This document shows, piece after piece, positions 9,697-20,043 of a DNA stretch of 64,000 nt. The DNA lies in assembly GCA_964482735.1 (NCBI GenBank), contig CAYZYV010000001.1, forward strand, positions 16,172-80,171. The letters run 5' to 3'. A program made the position numbers and the translations under genes. The stretch is from an uncultured Candidatus Saccharibacteria bacterium. Its GTDB lineage: Bacteria > Patescibacteriota > Minisyncoccia > Phycocordibacterales > UBA9973. A model generated the notes under the pieces. The model was not told where the DNA came from. It made no database searches and saw only the letters and a list, made by a program, of their open reading frames with translations. Every line of letters begins with the position of its first letter. The stretch's first letter is position 1.

Positions 9697-10143
9697 ATGA
9701 GTACCACTATCTTATTTTATATAGTTTCAATAATCGTGTTGATAATACTTTTGTGGGTATTAATTATTGAAATCAGACTAAAAAGGATTTTCGCTGGTAT
9801 CAAAGCAAAAAACTTAGAGGAAGCTCTTGTAATAGCTGGTAAGAAATTACAAGCACTAGAAGAGACAGAATCCAAGATAGAAAAACACTTGGGAGTTATA
9901 GACGAAAGATTAAATAAATCTATCAGAAATGTTGAAACATTAAGATTTAATCCTTTTGTAGAAGCTGGTGGAAATCAAAGCTTCGCTATAGCATTTCTAA
10001 ACGATGAAGGAAATGGAGTTATACTCTCCAGCCTTTATGCGAGAGATAGGATGAGCGTTTTTGCAAAACCTATCTCTGGAGGAAAATCTACTTTTGAATT
10101 AACAGAAGAAGAAAAGGCCGTTTTAAATAAAACTAAAAAATAG
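9697..10143 (+). CDS. DUF4446-like membrane-anchored protein
   Basis: TM helix, coiled coil, RFNPF..GGNQSFAIAFL..GNG..SSLYAR..FAKP..EE. Confidence 0.8.
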   Translation: MSTTILFYIVSIIVLIILLWVLIIEIRLKRIFAGIKAKNLEEALVIAGKKLQALEETESKIEKHLGVIDERLNKSIRNVETLRFNPFVEAGGNQSFAIAFLNDEGNGVILSSLYARDRMSVFAKPISGGKSTFELTEEEKAVLNKTKK

Positions 10144-10232
10144 ATTATTTGAGCAGAAAATAAGATTTTATTTATCTTAGATGAAAGCATCTTGGATAAA
10201 ATTTTATTTTCTGAGTAAATAATAAAAAAATT

Positions 10233-11738
10233 ATGACTACTTCTAAAGATAACATTAAAAAAAGACCACCAGTCGTGGTAGTGATGGGACACGTTGATCA
10301 TGGTAAATCAACGCTTTTAGACTATATCAGAAAAACCAAAATTGTTGATGGAGAAGCTGGAGGAATAACTCAGCACATAAGTGCTTACGAAGTATGCACC
10401 AAAGATGAAAATAATAATGACAGATTAATAACATTTTTGGATACTCCAGGTCACGAAGCCTTTACAAAAATGAGGTGTCGCGGTGCTCAAGCTGCAGACA
10501 TTGCAATCCTGGTTGTCTCTGCAGAAGACGGAGTAAAAGCTCAAACAATGGAAGCCTACAACACAATCATAGAAAATAAAATTCCTTATGTTGTGGCAAT
10601 CAATAAAATAGATAGACCAAATGCAAACATAGATAGAACCAAAATGGATTTAGTTGAGAAAGGTATCTACTTGGAAGGATTAGGTGGAAATATACCATTT
10701 GCTTTAATATCTGCAAAAGAAGGAACTGGAATAAATGAACTCATGGAATTAATTATCCTTTTGTCTGATATGGAAAATCTAGAAGGAAATTCATCTTTGA
10801 ACGCAAGCGGTGTTATTATCGAAGCAAAAAGAGATCCAAAAAGAGGAATTAGTGCCACTTGTATTATAAAAGACGGAACTATCAGATCAGGAATGTTTGT
10901 AGCCTGTGGAGAATCTTTAGTGAGCACAAGAATGCTAGAAAATTTCTTAGGAAAACCAATCAAAGAAGCAACCTTCTCATCACCTATCCATCTTGTAGGC
11001 TTCGAAAGCATGCCAGAAGTAGGAAATGTTTTTGAATCTTTTGATACAAAAAAAGAAGCTGAAGCTTATATCAAAATTGTTAAAGAAGAAAACAGTAATA
11101 ACAAAACAACTAATTGCCAAAAAGACCAAAATATAAAAACTATTCCAATCGTTATAAAGACTGATGTTGTTGGAACTATTGATGCTATCGAAAAAGAAAT
11201 TGAAAAATTAAACAAAGAAGAAATTGCTTTCAAAATTATAGGTAAAGGAGTTGGTGCTATTAATGAATCTGATTTAAAAATGGCTTGTATTGATAAAGAC
11301 AGCATAATTGTTGGGTTTAATACAAAAATAGATTCTACCGCTAGAGACTTAAATGAATCTTTGAAAGTAAAAGTAGAAACTTTTGACATTATTTATAAAC
11401 TAATAGACTGGTTGAGAGATTTGATAGAAGAAAGAAGACCTAGACAAGAGGTAAAAGAAGTCATCGGTAGTTTAAAAATCCTAAAAACTTTTGGTACTAC
11501 AAAAGACAGGCACGTCGTTGGGGGTAAGGTTATAAGTGGTAAAATAAGCTTACACGGTAATGTTAAAATAATGCGAAGAGATTTTGAGATCGGCACAGGA
11601 AAAATAACAGAACTTCAGACCAATAAGATAAAAGCCAAGGATGTATTTGATGGAGATGAATGTGGAATTCAAGTTGAAACCAGAGTGGACGTTGCTTCTG
11701 GCGATGTCTTAGAAGCGTTTGAATTAGTTATTAAATAA
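10233..11738 (+). CDS. infB: Translation initiation factor IF-2 (short form)
   Basis: RPPVVVVMGHVDHGKSTLLD, GGITQHI, DTPGHEAF, NKID. Confidence 0.97.
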   Translation: MTTSKDNIKKRPPVVVVMGHVDHGKSTLLDYIRKTKIVDGEAGGITQHISAYEVCTKDENNNDRLITFLDTPGHEAFTKMRCRGAQAADIAILVVSAEDGVKAQTMEAYNTIIENKIPYVVAINKIDRPNANIDRTKMDLVEKGIYLEGLGGNIPFALISAKEGTGINELMELIILLSDMENLEGNSSLNASGVIIEAKRDPKRGISATCIIKDGTIRSGMFVACGESLVSTRMLENFLGKPIKEATFSSPIHLVGFESMPEVGNVFESFDTKKEAEAYIKIVKEENSNNKTTNCQKDQNIKTIPIVIKTDVVGTIDAIEKEIEKLNKEEIAFKIIGKGVGAINESDLKMACIDKDSIIVGFNTKIDSTARDLNESLKVKVETFDIIYKLIDWLRDLIEERRPRQEVKEVIGSLKILKTFGTTKDRHVVGGKVISGKISLHGNVKIMRRDFEIGTGKITELQTNKIKAKDVFDGDECGIQVETRVDVASGDVLEAFELVIK

Positions 11739-11770
11739 AAAAATCGTATTAACAAGTAATCAAGAATTTT

Positions 11771-12097
11771 ATGTCAGAATTTAGAAATGAAAAAATAAAA
11801 AATATGATTAAAGAGCATTCTGCTCTTTTCATTGAAAAAGAATCTGGTAACACTTCCCTGATTACGGTTACTAGAGTATTACTATCTGAAGATGGTAAAA
11901 GAGCAACGATCATGATCAGTGTCTTACCTAAAGACAAAGAAAGTGCAGCTTATGGTTTTATCAAAAGAAACCTGGGAGAACTTCGAAAAGAAATCATGAA
12001 AAATCTAAAAATAAACCCCGTCCCATTTTTAGATGTTAAAATTGATGAAGGAGAAAAAAACAGACAAAAAATTGACGAACTTTTAATAAATGGTTAG
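11771..12097 (+). CDS. rbfA: Ribosome-binding factor A
   Basis: Follows infB; ITVTRV.LS.D...A, VP.L..D pattern. Confidence 0.85.
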   Translation: MSEFRNEKIKNMIKEHSALFIEKESGNTSLITVTRVLLSEDGKRATIMISVLPKDKESAAYGFIKRNLGELRKEIMKNLKINPVPFLDVKIDEGEKNRQKIDELLING

Positions 12098-12160
12098 TAT
12101 AGAAGAAGCTATTTGATTAATCAAACAATCAAAATAGCCTTTGATAAAAACACTTGATTG

Positions 12161-12238
12161 ATTTTTGTATATGAGATATTTTTATCCGTGTAGGGCCCCT
12201 TTGGGGTAAAGCGGGAAAAATATCCCATATACAAAAAT
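12161..12238. repeat. Long imperfect hairpin upstream of tRNA-Cys
   Basis: ttttgtatatgagatattttt ... aaaaatatcccatatacaaaa with a GC-rich loop. Confidence 0.6.
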
Positions 12239-12251
12239 TATTAATTCGTTA

Positions 12252-12323
12252 GGCCTAGTCGCCAAGTGGTAAGGCAAGAGTCTGCAAAACTCTTATACGG
12301 CGGTTCGATTCCGCCCTAGGCCT
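12252..12323 (+). tRNA. tRNA-Cys (GCA)
   Basis: GGCCTAG/CTAGGCC stem, ctGCAaa loop, GGTTCGATTCC, U discriminator. Confidence 0.95.
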
Positions 12324-12380
12324 CAGTGGAAAATTTAAAAATTTTCTGCTAATATATAAAGTGGTTTTACAAAGTAATAT

Positions 12381-12462
12381 GCCCAGGTGGCGGAATTGGT
12401 ATACGCGCTAGTCTTAGGAACTAGTGGAGCAATCCTTGGAGGTTCAAGTCCTCTCCTGGGCA
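12381..12462 (+). tRNA. tRNA-Leu (TAG)
   Basis: GCCCAGG/CCTGGGC stem, ctTAGga loop, variable arm, GGTTCAAGTCC. Confidence 0.95.
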
Positions 12463-12511
12463 CAAAAGCATGGTTTTAAAAAGAGCAAACTTCTTTGCTC
12501 TTTTTTGCTTT

Positions 12512-12814
12512 TGTGAGGCGGAGTGATAGTTTCGCCAACAGGCGAAACCACGAGCCGGGGTCGCGAAAATTTCGAGCGACGGCGAGAAATTATTTGTGAC
12601 CAAAAAGGTGTACAAAAAAGAGATAATGTTATTATCTCTTTTTTAAGGAGAGGGCTTGAAAGCCGGAGGCCGACAGGCCGAGGCGGGTGAGAAAGCGAAC
12701 ACCTGGAGCTTTCGCAAGACCTTGAGCGTTTTGTAATCAAAATGCGAAAGGTGTACAGAATCTGTAAGATTCGCAAGATTTTTCAGCAGAAAAATACTTG
12801 TGACCAAGTCCTCT
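12512..12814 (+). repeat. tRNA-Leu-associated GC-rich hairpin element with inverted and direct T-arm copies
   Basis: 12646-12660 is antisense to tRNA 12443-12457 (14/15); 12805-12814 = 12445-12454; tttttcagcagaaaaata also at about 33912. Confidence 0.7.
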
Positions 12815-12837
12815 TTCAAGAATTATAGGCAAAAGTA

Positions 12838-13704
12838 CTATCGAACACATCGGACATAGCTCTCGTTAGTCTGGTTATGGTTAACCAAGTTACCATTGTA
12901 CATGAACTGTTCGTAAGCGAGCGAAGTAGGCGAAGATGGGACGGTGGTAGAAGACCAATAGATGTTCGCCACGAATCCCAAAGGTGCCCAAGGGTCTGTG
13001 TCACCATCTGTACTTGCCTTAGAATACCATGCGTGAGATAGGGTTCTTGATTCTTCGATAGAAGGAAGTCTTCCTCCGTTGGTAGCACAAGCAGTTTTTG
13101 CAGTAGACCAGTTCATTGTATTACTACCAGATACATCATCTCCGGGTAGAGAGACTCCGGCTGAAGTTACGCTTCTTGTATCCCATTTGACTACTCCATT
13201 TTCATCCACAGACCATGCTTTGAGTTCACCTGTGTCATAAATGAGAGCGGTGGCACCGAAGCGTTGGTAGTCGTCACCGATATATGGAGTAGAACCTATA
13301 CCTGTCCCATAAAAACTAAAGCATTTAACAACTATTCCTTGATCAGTGAGTGATTTAGCTATTGGGGCTAGGTTTCCAGTACAAGCGAGATCCGTGTATG
13401 AAGTATTTGATCCAGTAAAACTACCATTTTCGAGTTGGTTTAAAGACGCTTGATTATATAGCTGTTTTAATGTTGATTTGACAGTTGCAATCTTTCCTTT
13501 TTCTCTTGCACTATTTAGTGAAGCAACAACTACAGCAGATAATATTCCGATGATAGCGATAACTACAAGAAGTTCAATAAGGGTAAAACCTCCACACCCA
13601 CTTTTACAATGTGATTTCATCACGCACGTTTCGTGCTTTGTAAAAGTAGGTGTGGGGGTGAAGCCTTTTGTAATTTTATTAGATTTTATGAATTCCTTTT
13701 TCAC
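12838..13704 (-). CDS. Type IV pilin-like protein with C-terminal CLec/DUF1566-like domain (paralog 1)
   Basis: [21 protein letters not shown]; [26 protein letters not shown]; GTG at 13704 chosen by homology to paralog 3. Confidence 0.88.
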   Translation of the reverse strand: MKKEFIKSNKITKGFTPTPTFTKHETCVMKSHCKSGCGGFTLIELLVVIAIIGILSAVVVASLNSAREKGKIATVKSTLKQLYNQASLNQLENGSFTGSNTSYTDLACTGNLAPIAKSLTDQGIVVKCFSFYGTGIGSTPYIGDDYQRFGATALIYDTGELKAWSVDENGVVKWDTRSVTSAGVSLPGDDVSGSNTMNWSTAKTACATNGGRLPSIEESRTLSHAWYSKASTDGDTDPWAPLGFVANIYWSSTTVPSSPTSLAYEQFMYNGNLVNHNQTNESYVRCVR

Positions 13705-13742
13705 TTTTTTATTATACCATAGTAGTTTCAAAATTAAACCGT

Positions 13743-13850
13743 TTTCCCCTAGGTCCGACATAGGGGAAAGGAAGATTACTTAATAAGCCGAGGTCTTTCC
13801 TCGTACGAGGTCGGACCTAGTACAAGGTCCGACCTCGGCTGTTATCCACA
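13743..13850. repeat. AGGTCCGACCT-type palindromes ending in a DnaA-box-like 9-mer
   Basis: ttcccctaggtccgacataggggaa; cgaggtcggacct-agtaca-aggtccgacctcg; TTATCCACA at 13842-13850. Confidence 0.75.
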
Positions 13851-13986
13851 GTTTTTGTAGAGTATCTTAGCCCGCTCAAACCTGGAGTTTAAGTTAGTAA
13901 AAAGATATTTTTTCACTCTTTAGTGTAATATAGTTAACCAAACACCTTATTGCTTATTCTCTCAAAATATAGTATACTCTTTTTAT

Positions 13987-14220
13987 ATGACGATTTTCAC
14001 TAATATGTTACCTTATTTACAGATAATTCTGTCCATAATTTTAATAGTTACTATTTTACTACAACAATCTTCAGCTGGAGTCGGAGGCGCTTTTGGTGGA
14101 GGCGAAGGTGGTGGTCTTTATAACACACGTCGTGGTTTTGAAAAGTTTCTCTTTATTTTTACTATAGTAATAGCGATACTCTTTGCTGTTTTTGCTTTTA
14201 TTGCTATTTTTGTAAAATAG
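13987..14220 (+). CDS. secG: Preprotein translocase SecG
   Basis: ILLQQ..G.GGAFGG...TRRGFEK, two TM helices; TTGCTT-17-TATACT promoter just upstream. Confidence 0.92.
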   Translation: MTIFTNMLPYLQIILSIILIVTILLQQSSAGVGGAFGGGEGGGLYNTRRGFEKFLFIFTIVIAILFAVFAFIAIFVK

Positions 14221-14251
14221 GCTTCTTTTCCCGATACGGCAACAGTTTTCT

Positions 14252-16063
14252 ATGCGTAAAACCAAAAATATATTAAAGTTTTTAAAAGAATTTCGTTTTT
14301 ATAAAAAAAGAGAGCTAGCATTAGCTGCATCTTCCCTTTCCAGTAAACAATTTTTATTGTTTGTAGGACTACTTTTAGTAACCATTATTTCACTTGTTGG
14401 AATCATCGGTAAGATTAATAGTATGTTTTTAGTGGATGTTCCTTCAAATGGAGGAGAAATTACCGAAGGTATTGTCGGTTTTCCAACATTGGTTAACCCA
14501 GTTATTGCTTTTTCAGACGCAGACAAAGATTTAACTTCTTTGATTTATTCTGGACTAATGAGAAAAACTCCAGATGGTGATTATATCCCCGATTTAGCAA
14601 AAACAATGGATGTCTCAGGAAATGGAACAGTTTACACTTTTACCCTAAAAGATGGCATTGAATTTCATAATGGAAAAGATATTACCGTAGATGATATTAT
14701 TTTTACAATAGACAAGATCAAGGATCCTCTAACCAAGAGTCCTAAAAAGTCTAGCTGGGATGGAGTTATCGTTAACAAAATAGACGAAAAGACAATAGAG
14801 TTTAGACTTCCACAACCATATATTTCATTTATGGATAATACCACCTTAGGAATTTTACCTTCTCAATTGTGGAAAAACGTTAGCACAAAAGAATTTAATC
14901 TTTCTACCCTAAATTCTAAAGCTGTCGGTTCTGGTCCTTTTAAAGTTAGAAAGGTAATAAAAAACAGTGATGGCTTGTCTGAAAGATATGAGCTTGTCAG
15001 ATTTAATGGTTTTGCTCTTGGAAAACCATTAATCAAGAAATTAAACATTGTTTCTTTTGCCAGTGAAAAAGAATTAATTAAATCTTTTCAAGGTGGATCG
15101 ATAGACCAAGCTGGAGGAATTAGCCCAGAAAACGCTTCATCTATTTTAAAAGGTGGAAATAAGATAAACTCTGTGAATCTACCTAGAGTTTTCGGAATCT
15201 TCTTCAATAGCTCAAAAAATAAACTTTTTTCAGATGAAGAACTTGTGAAGCTTTTGAATAAGGCTATCGACAGACAAGAAATAGTCGACAAGGTCTTGAG
15301 TGGTTACGGAGAAATCATAGACTCCCCTATTCCAAAGAAGATTCTCGACAAAGAAATCAGCGAGAAATTCACAGCCACAACCATAGAAGAGATAAACGCA
15401 TCTTTGGATAAAGCTGGATGGAAACTTGGAGACGACGGGATTAGAGTAAAAGGTGGAAAGACAACCAAAACAGTGACCAAGAAAGTTAATGGAAAGACTG
15501 TTAAACAAAACGTTACGACAAGCTCTCCAGAAACTAGATTGTCTTTTTCTTTGACCACAGGAGACGCACCTGAATTAAAACAGGCTGTTTCAATAATAAA
15601 AGAGCAGTTGTTAAAAATAGGAGTAGAAGTAGATATTAAAAAGGTTTATGAGACTGGACAGGTAAACCAACTGATTCACGCTAGAGAATATGAAGCTTTA
15701 TTCTTTGGACAAATTATTTATCATGAATCTGATTTATATTCTTACTGGCACTCTTCCCAAAAGATGGGACCTGGTTTAAACATTGGACTTTATGACAATA
15801 AAAAAGCAGACTCTATACTAGAGTCTGCTCAGAAGATGATGTCTCGAGAAGACCGATTGCAAAAGTATGAGGACCTAAGTAATGAATTTAAAAATGATAT
15901 CCCAGCAATTATGGTTTATTCTCCTCTATACCTTTATGCAACTTCTAACAATTTAGTTAATTTAAATCTTTCAAATATTACAACCCCATCTGATAGATTC
16001 TTATCTTCGTATTTGTGGTCTGCAGATACAGATAAGGTCTACAAAATCTTTATAAAAAAATAA
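14252..16063 (+). CDS. Peptide ABC transporter substrate-binding protein (family 5)
   Basis: PDLA, YTFTLK..FHNG..ITVDD, VGSGPF, AIDRQ. Confidence 0.9.
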   Translation: MRKTKNILKFLKEFRFYKKRELALAASSLSSKQFLLFVGLLLVTIISLVGIIGKINSMFLVDVPSNGGEITEGIVGFPTLVNPVIAFSDADKDLTSLIYSGLMRKTPDGDYIPDLAKTMDVSGNGTVYTFTLKDGIEFHNGKDITVDDIIFTIDKIKDPLTKSPKKSSWDGVIVNKIDEKTIEFRLPQPYISFMDNTTLGILPSQLWKNVSTKEFNLSTLNSKAVGSGPFKVRKVIKNSDGLSERYELVRFNGFALGKPLIKKLNIVSFASEKELIKSFQGGSIDQAGGISPENASSILKGGNKINSVNLPRVFGIFFNSSKNKLFSDEELVKLLNKAIDRQEIVDKVLSGYGEIIDSPIPKKILDKEISEKFTATTIEEINASLDKAGWKLGDDGIRVKGGKTTKTVTKKVNGKTVKQNVTTSSPETRLSFSLTTGDAPELKQAVSIIKEQLLKIGVEVDIKKVYETGQVNQLIHAREYEALFFGQIIYHESDLYSYWHSSQKMGPGLNIGLYDNKKADSILESAQKMMSREDRLQKYEDLSNEFKNDIPAIMVYSPLYLYATSNNLVNLNLSNITTPSDRFLSSYLWSADTDKVYKIFIKK

Positions 16064-16067
16064 AAAT

Positions 16068-18053
16068 ATGACAGAAATAAACAAAAAAAATCAAAACTCT
16101 AAAACAAGAGTTTCTAATAGATTTTCTTATGAGAAGCATGGGAGCATTCGTGTTTTACACAAACCACAATCCCCATCAGCTACAAAGAAAACGACTCAAA
16201 AAAATCCAATAGCAAATACTGCTAATAAAAGCTCAGATAATAGAGTAAAGAAAATTAGCCGAGGAAGTTATCAGTACGGTAGTAAAAAAATGCCTAAAAA
16301 GCCAAAAATGGAAGCTTCCGTGGCACAACCTAAAACTTTTAACACTAGAAAATCTAGCCCCATTCCTGCTCCTGAAAGAGATGTGATTAGAATAATACCC
16401 CTTGGAGGTGTTGAAGAAATCGGCAAGAACATGACCGCTATTGAAATCAATGACGACATCATAGTCATTGATGCCGGAATGCAATTTAAAACAGAAGATA
16501 CTCCAGGAATTGATTACATTATTCCAAACACTACTTACCTAGAAGAAAGAAAGGATAAGATAAGAGGAGTCTTTATTACCCACGCCCACCTAGACCACAT
16601 AGGAGGTGTGCCTTTGGTAATGAGCCGTATCGGTAATCCTCCAATCTATTCGAGAAATCTAACTGTTTTAATGATGAAAAAGAGACAAGAAGATTTTTCT
16701 CACCTACCCGCTTTAAAATTAAATGTCGTAGAGAAAGACAGTGTAATTTATGCTGGAGAAATGAAAATCAGATTCTTTGGTGTGACCCACACTGTGCCTG
16801 ATTCAATGGGTATAATCATAGAGACACCTTATGGATTGATTGTTAATCCTGGAGACTACAAATTGGATCAAGTAGATGGCAAAACCACCGAAAGCGAAGA
16901 AAAAGAATATGCATTTTTTGATAAAGAAAAAGTTCTTCTTTTAATGGCAGACTCGACCAACGTAGAAAATGATGGGTTTGCTCTTCCCGAAGTAAAAGTA
17001 CATGAGGGACTAGCTCATTTAATCAAACAAATTTCAGGGCGTATTATTATTGCCGCTTTTGCCTCTCACATAACAAGACTTGTTAAAATAATTGAGATAG
17101 CAGAATCATTAAATAAAAAAGTTGCGCTAGACGGTCGCTCTCTTAAAACCAACATGGAAGTTTGTGAGTTAGCTGGATTATATAAACCCAAAAAAGGAAC
17201 AATCATACCGATTGAAGATGCAGACAGCTACCCTCCTAACAAGGTGATCGTTCTAATGACCGGAGCTCAAGGAGAAGAATTCGCCGCGCTAGGACGTGCT
17301 GCAAATAAAACCCACAGAAAATTTACTATTAAAAAGGGAGATACAATAATTCTTTCAGCATCTATTGTTCCTGGTAACGAAATATCAGTTCAACACTTAA
17401 AAGATAACCTGACCAGACACGGAGTTCGTATAATTAGTTACAGAACAAGTGAGGAATATGTTCACGCTACCGGGCACGGCAACAAAGAAGATATTAAGTG
17501 GCTACACAGAAAGTTAAAACCTAAATTTTTTGTACCAATTCACGGACATCATTCAATGCTTGTTGCTCACAAAGAAATAGCTACTACTTTGGGAATGTCA
17601 GAAGAGAATATCATAGTCCCAGACAATGGCTCTATTATTGAAATAGCCGACAAGGGACAAAAAATTGTATTACGAAAAGAAAAAGCTCCTTCTGGACCAA
17701 TGCTAGTTGACGGTTTTTCAATCGGAGACGAGCAGGACGTGGTTATCAGAGACCGAGTTATGCTAGCAAAAGACGGAATGTTCGTTTTAATTGCTACGAT
17801 TGATCAAGCTTCTGGTAAACTTAGAAAATCCCCTGATATTATTTCTCGAGGATTCATATATCTTAAAGAAAACCAGGAATTATTACACCAAGTCCGTCTA
17901 ATCATCAAGAAAACGATTGAAGACGAAGCTCTTGGAAGAAATCCTATTAACTTCGATAGTGTAAAAACTGCTCTAGGCGATAACATCTCAAAGTTTTTAT
18001 TCCAAAAAACTGCAAAGAGGCCTATTGTTATCCCAGTATTATTAAGTATTTAA
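16068..18053 (+). CDS. rnj: Ribonuclease J
   Basis: PLGGVEEIGKNM, THAHLDHIG, HATGH, PIHG, SRGF; basic N-terminal extension. Confidence 0.95.
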   Translation: MTEINKKNQNSKTRVSNRFSYEKHGSIRVLHKPQSPSATKKTTQKNPIANTANKSSDNRVKKISRGSYQYGSKKMPKKPKMEASVAQPKTFNTRKSSPIPAPERDVIRIIPLGGVEEIGKNMTAIEINDDIIVIDAGMQFKTEDTPGIDYIIPNTTYLEERKDKIRGVFITHAHLDHIGGVPLVMSRIGNPPIYSRNLTVLMMKKRQEDFSHLPALKLNVVEKDSVIYAGEMKIRFFGVTHTVPDSMGIIIETPYGLIVNPGDYKLDQVDGKTTESEEKEYAFFDKEKVLLLMADSTNVENDGFALPEVKVHEGLAHLIKQISGRIIIAAFASHITRLVKIIEIAESLNKKVALDGRSLKTNMEVCELAGLYKPKKGTIIPIEDADSYPPNKVIVLMTGAQGEEFAALGRAANKTHRKFTIKKGDTIILSASIVPGNEISVQHLKDNLTRHGVRIISYRTSEEYVHATGHGNKEDIKWLHRKLKPKFFVPIHGHHSMLVAHKEIATTLGMSEENIIVPDNGSIIEIADKGQKIVLRKEKAPSGPMLVDGFSIGDEQDVVIRDRVMLAKDGMFVLIATIDQASGKLRKSPDIISRGFIYLKENQELLHQVRLIIKKTIEDEALGRNPINFDSVKTALGDNISKFLFQKTAKRPIVIPVLLSI

Positions 18054-18066
18054 TTAAATCTTAAAA

Positions 18067-19236
18067 ATGGATAGTCATAAACTAAAAATAAGAAGAATGT
18101 ATTTGCTCTCATTCCTGTTTACTTTTCACATTGCATTATCTTCATATATCAACTCTACGTTCTTAACGAACATCATATCTGAAAAATATGTTGGTATGCT
18201 TTATACCCTATCTTCCCTTTTAGCTTTAGCCCTCCTTTCAAGAAGTGTTAATATCTTAAAATATTTTGGAAACAAAAAATTAACTTTATCATTTTTGCTT
18301 TTAAATATGTTGGCCTTGGTTGGAATTATTTCTTCCTCAAGTCCGATTCTAACTAGTGTTTCCTTTATTATTTTCTCAGCAACCAACACCTTGGTTCTAT
18401 TTTGCATAGATATATTTATAGAGCATTTTAGTGACCCTTCAAAGACTGGTAAAACAAGAGGATTATACCTAACCATCATAAACATAGCCTGGATGTTGTC
18501 TCCTTTAATTTCTGCAATGTTAATTACTAAGACAGGCGGATACACATCTATCTATGTCTTAGCTTTTATAATGGTCGCCCTTATGACTATAGGTTTAGTC
18601 TTCTCTGTTAAAACATTTAAAGATAAGGTTTATATCAAAACACCTTTTATTCAAACTTTTAAATACCTTTTGACCAATAGACACATGCTGGCTATTGTTT
18701 CAATCAATTTCCTCTTACAATTCTTCTATGCTTGGATGGTTGTTTATACCCCTATTTATCTTTATGACCACTTGGGCTTTACTTGGGATCAAATAGGTAT
18801 TGCCTTCACGGCAATGTTAGCTCCATTTGTTATATTAGGATATCCATTAGGAATCTTAGTTGATAAATATCATGTTAAGAGAAGAAATATCTTGAAGTTA
18901 GGTTTTGCAATTGCAATAATTTCAACCGTTTCAATATTCTTCATAACTTCGATGAACGTTCTTTTGTGGGCGTTGGTTTTGTTTATGACAAGAGTCGGAG
19001 CTAGTATGATAGAAACAGCTGGAGAAATATATTTCTTCGATCATATCGATGATCAAGATGCTAATCTGTTGAGTATTTATCGAGACATGTATCCTATCGC
19101 TTATATCATAGCTCCTACGATAGCCACACTTATATTCCTTGTACTTCCATTTAAATATCTTTTCATTATTCTCGGACTAATCCTATCTGTTGGTTTTTAT
19201 ATTATTCCTAAACTTAAAAAAATAAAAAATGCTTAA
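18067..19236 (+). CDS. MFS transporter
   Basis: About 12 hydrophobic segments, G.L.DK motif. Confidence 0.8.
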   Translation: MDSHKLKIRRMYLLSFLFTFHIALSSYINSTFLTNIISEKYVGMLYTLSSLLALALLSRSVNILKYFGNKKLTLSFLLLNMLALVGIISSSSPILTSVSFIIFSATNTLVLFCIDIFIEHFSDPSKTGKTRGLYLTIINIAWMLSPLISAMLITKTGGYTSIYVLAFIMVALMTIGLVFSVKTFKDKVYIKTPFIQTFKYLLTNRHMLAIVSINFLLQFFYAWMVVYTPIYLYDHLGFTWDQIGIAFTAMLAPFVILGYPLGILVDKYHVKRRNILKLGFAIAIISTVSIFFITSMNVLLWALVLFMTRVGASMIETAGEIYFFDHIDDQDANLLSIYRDMYPIAYIIAPTIATLIFLVLPFKYLFIILGLILSVGFYIIPKLKKIKNA

Positions 19237-19942
19237 AACTGAATATCCTATTAGGATTAATAAATATCTAGCTTTAAAAAACTACTCTACTAGAACTGGA
19301 GGAGACGATCTAATCAAAAAGGGATTAGTTTTTATAAACGGCAAAAAAGCCAAATTGGGAGACAAAGTTTTTGAAGAAGACACCGTAACCGTAAATACAA
19401 CCAAGAATCAAAAACAATTGGTCTACTATGCATACAATAAAAAAACAAATGTTTCTACCAACAAAGAACCCGGAGCCAAAGACATACTATCCGTGACCAA
19501 ATTCCCCGAAAGAGTTTTCCCTGTAGGTAGATTAGACAAAGATTCTCATGGATTAATTATTTTAACCAACGATGGAAGGATTACAGACCGATTATTATCA
19601 CCTCGTTATGTTCACGAAAAAGAATACATTGTAAAAGTTGAACCAGCTTTTAGTTCAAAATTTATTGAACTAATGTCAAAGGGGGTTAGGTTCGATGGAT
19701 ACACTAGTAAAAGATGTGAGATCTGGGCAAAAGGTAAATCAACCGATACTTTTCATATTATTTTAACCGAGGGTAAGAAGAGACAAATCAGAAGAATGTG
19801 TGAAGCTCTACATCATGAAGTGATAGATCTAAAAAGAATTCGAGTAATGAACATAGAATTAGGAAAAATAAAAGAAGGAGAATACAAAAAGATAGAAGGA
19901 CTAGAATTAGACATTTTCTTAAAATCATTGAACCTAAAATAA
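19229..19942 (+). CDS. RsuA/RluF family pseudouridine synthase
   Basis: S4 domain RINKYL, VGRLDKDSHGL, HEKEY, EGKKRQIRRM. Confidence 0.92.
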   Translation: MLKTEYPIRINKYLALKNYSTRTGGDDLIKKGLVFINGKKAKLGDKVFEEDTVTVNTTKNQKQLVYYAYNKKTNVSTNKEPGAKDILSVTKFPERVFPVGRLDKDSHGLIILTNDGRITDRLLSPRYVHEKEYIVKVEPAFSSKFIELMSKGVRFDGYTSKRCEIWAKGKSTDTFHIILTEGKKRQIRRMCEALHHEVIDLKRIRVMNIELGKIKEGEYKKIEGLELDIFLKSLNLK

Positions 19943-20043
19943 AAACACCCCGACCAAAGTCGAAGTGTTTTTATTTTAAGTTAACAATATAGGGCTTGCC
20001 CGATTGCTATTTGGCAATGTAGGGCTTGCGCCCCCCCCGATCG

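Noticed and set aside
12421-12776. ORFs 12421-12615 and 12444-12776 (-)
   Set aside because: Antisense to tRNA-Leu and spanning hairpin repeats; no protein-like features
12816-13088. Alternative-frame ORFs over the pilin 3' ends (also 22000-22335)
   Set aside because: Overlap the real CDS in another frame; not template repeats
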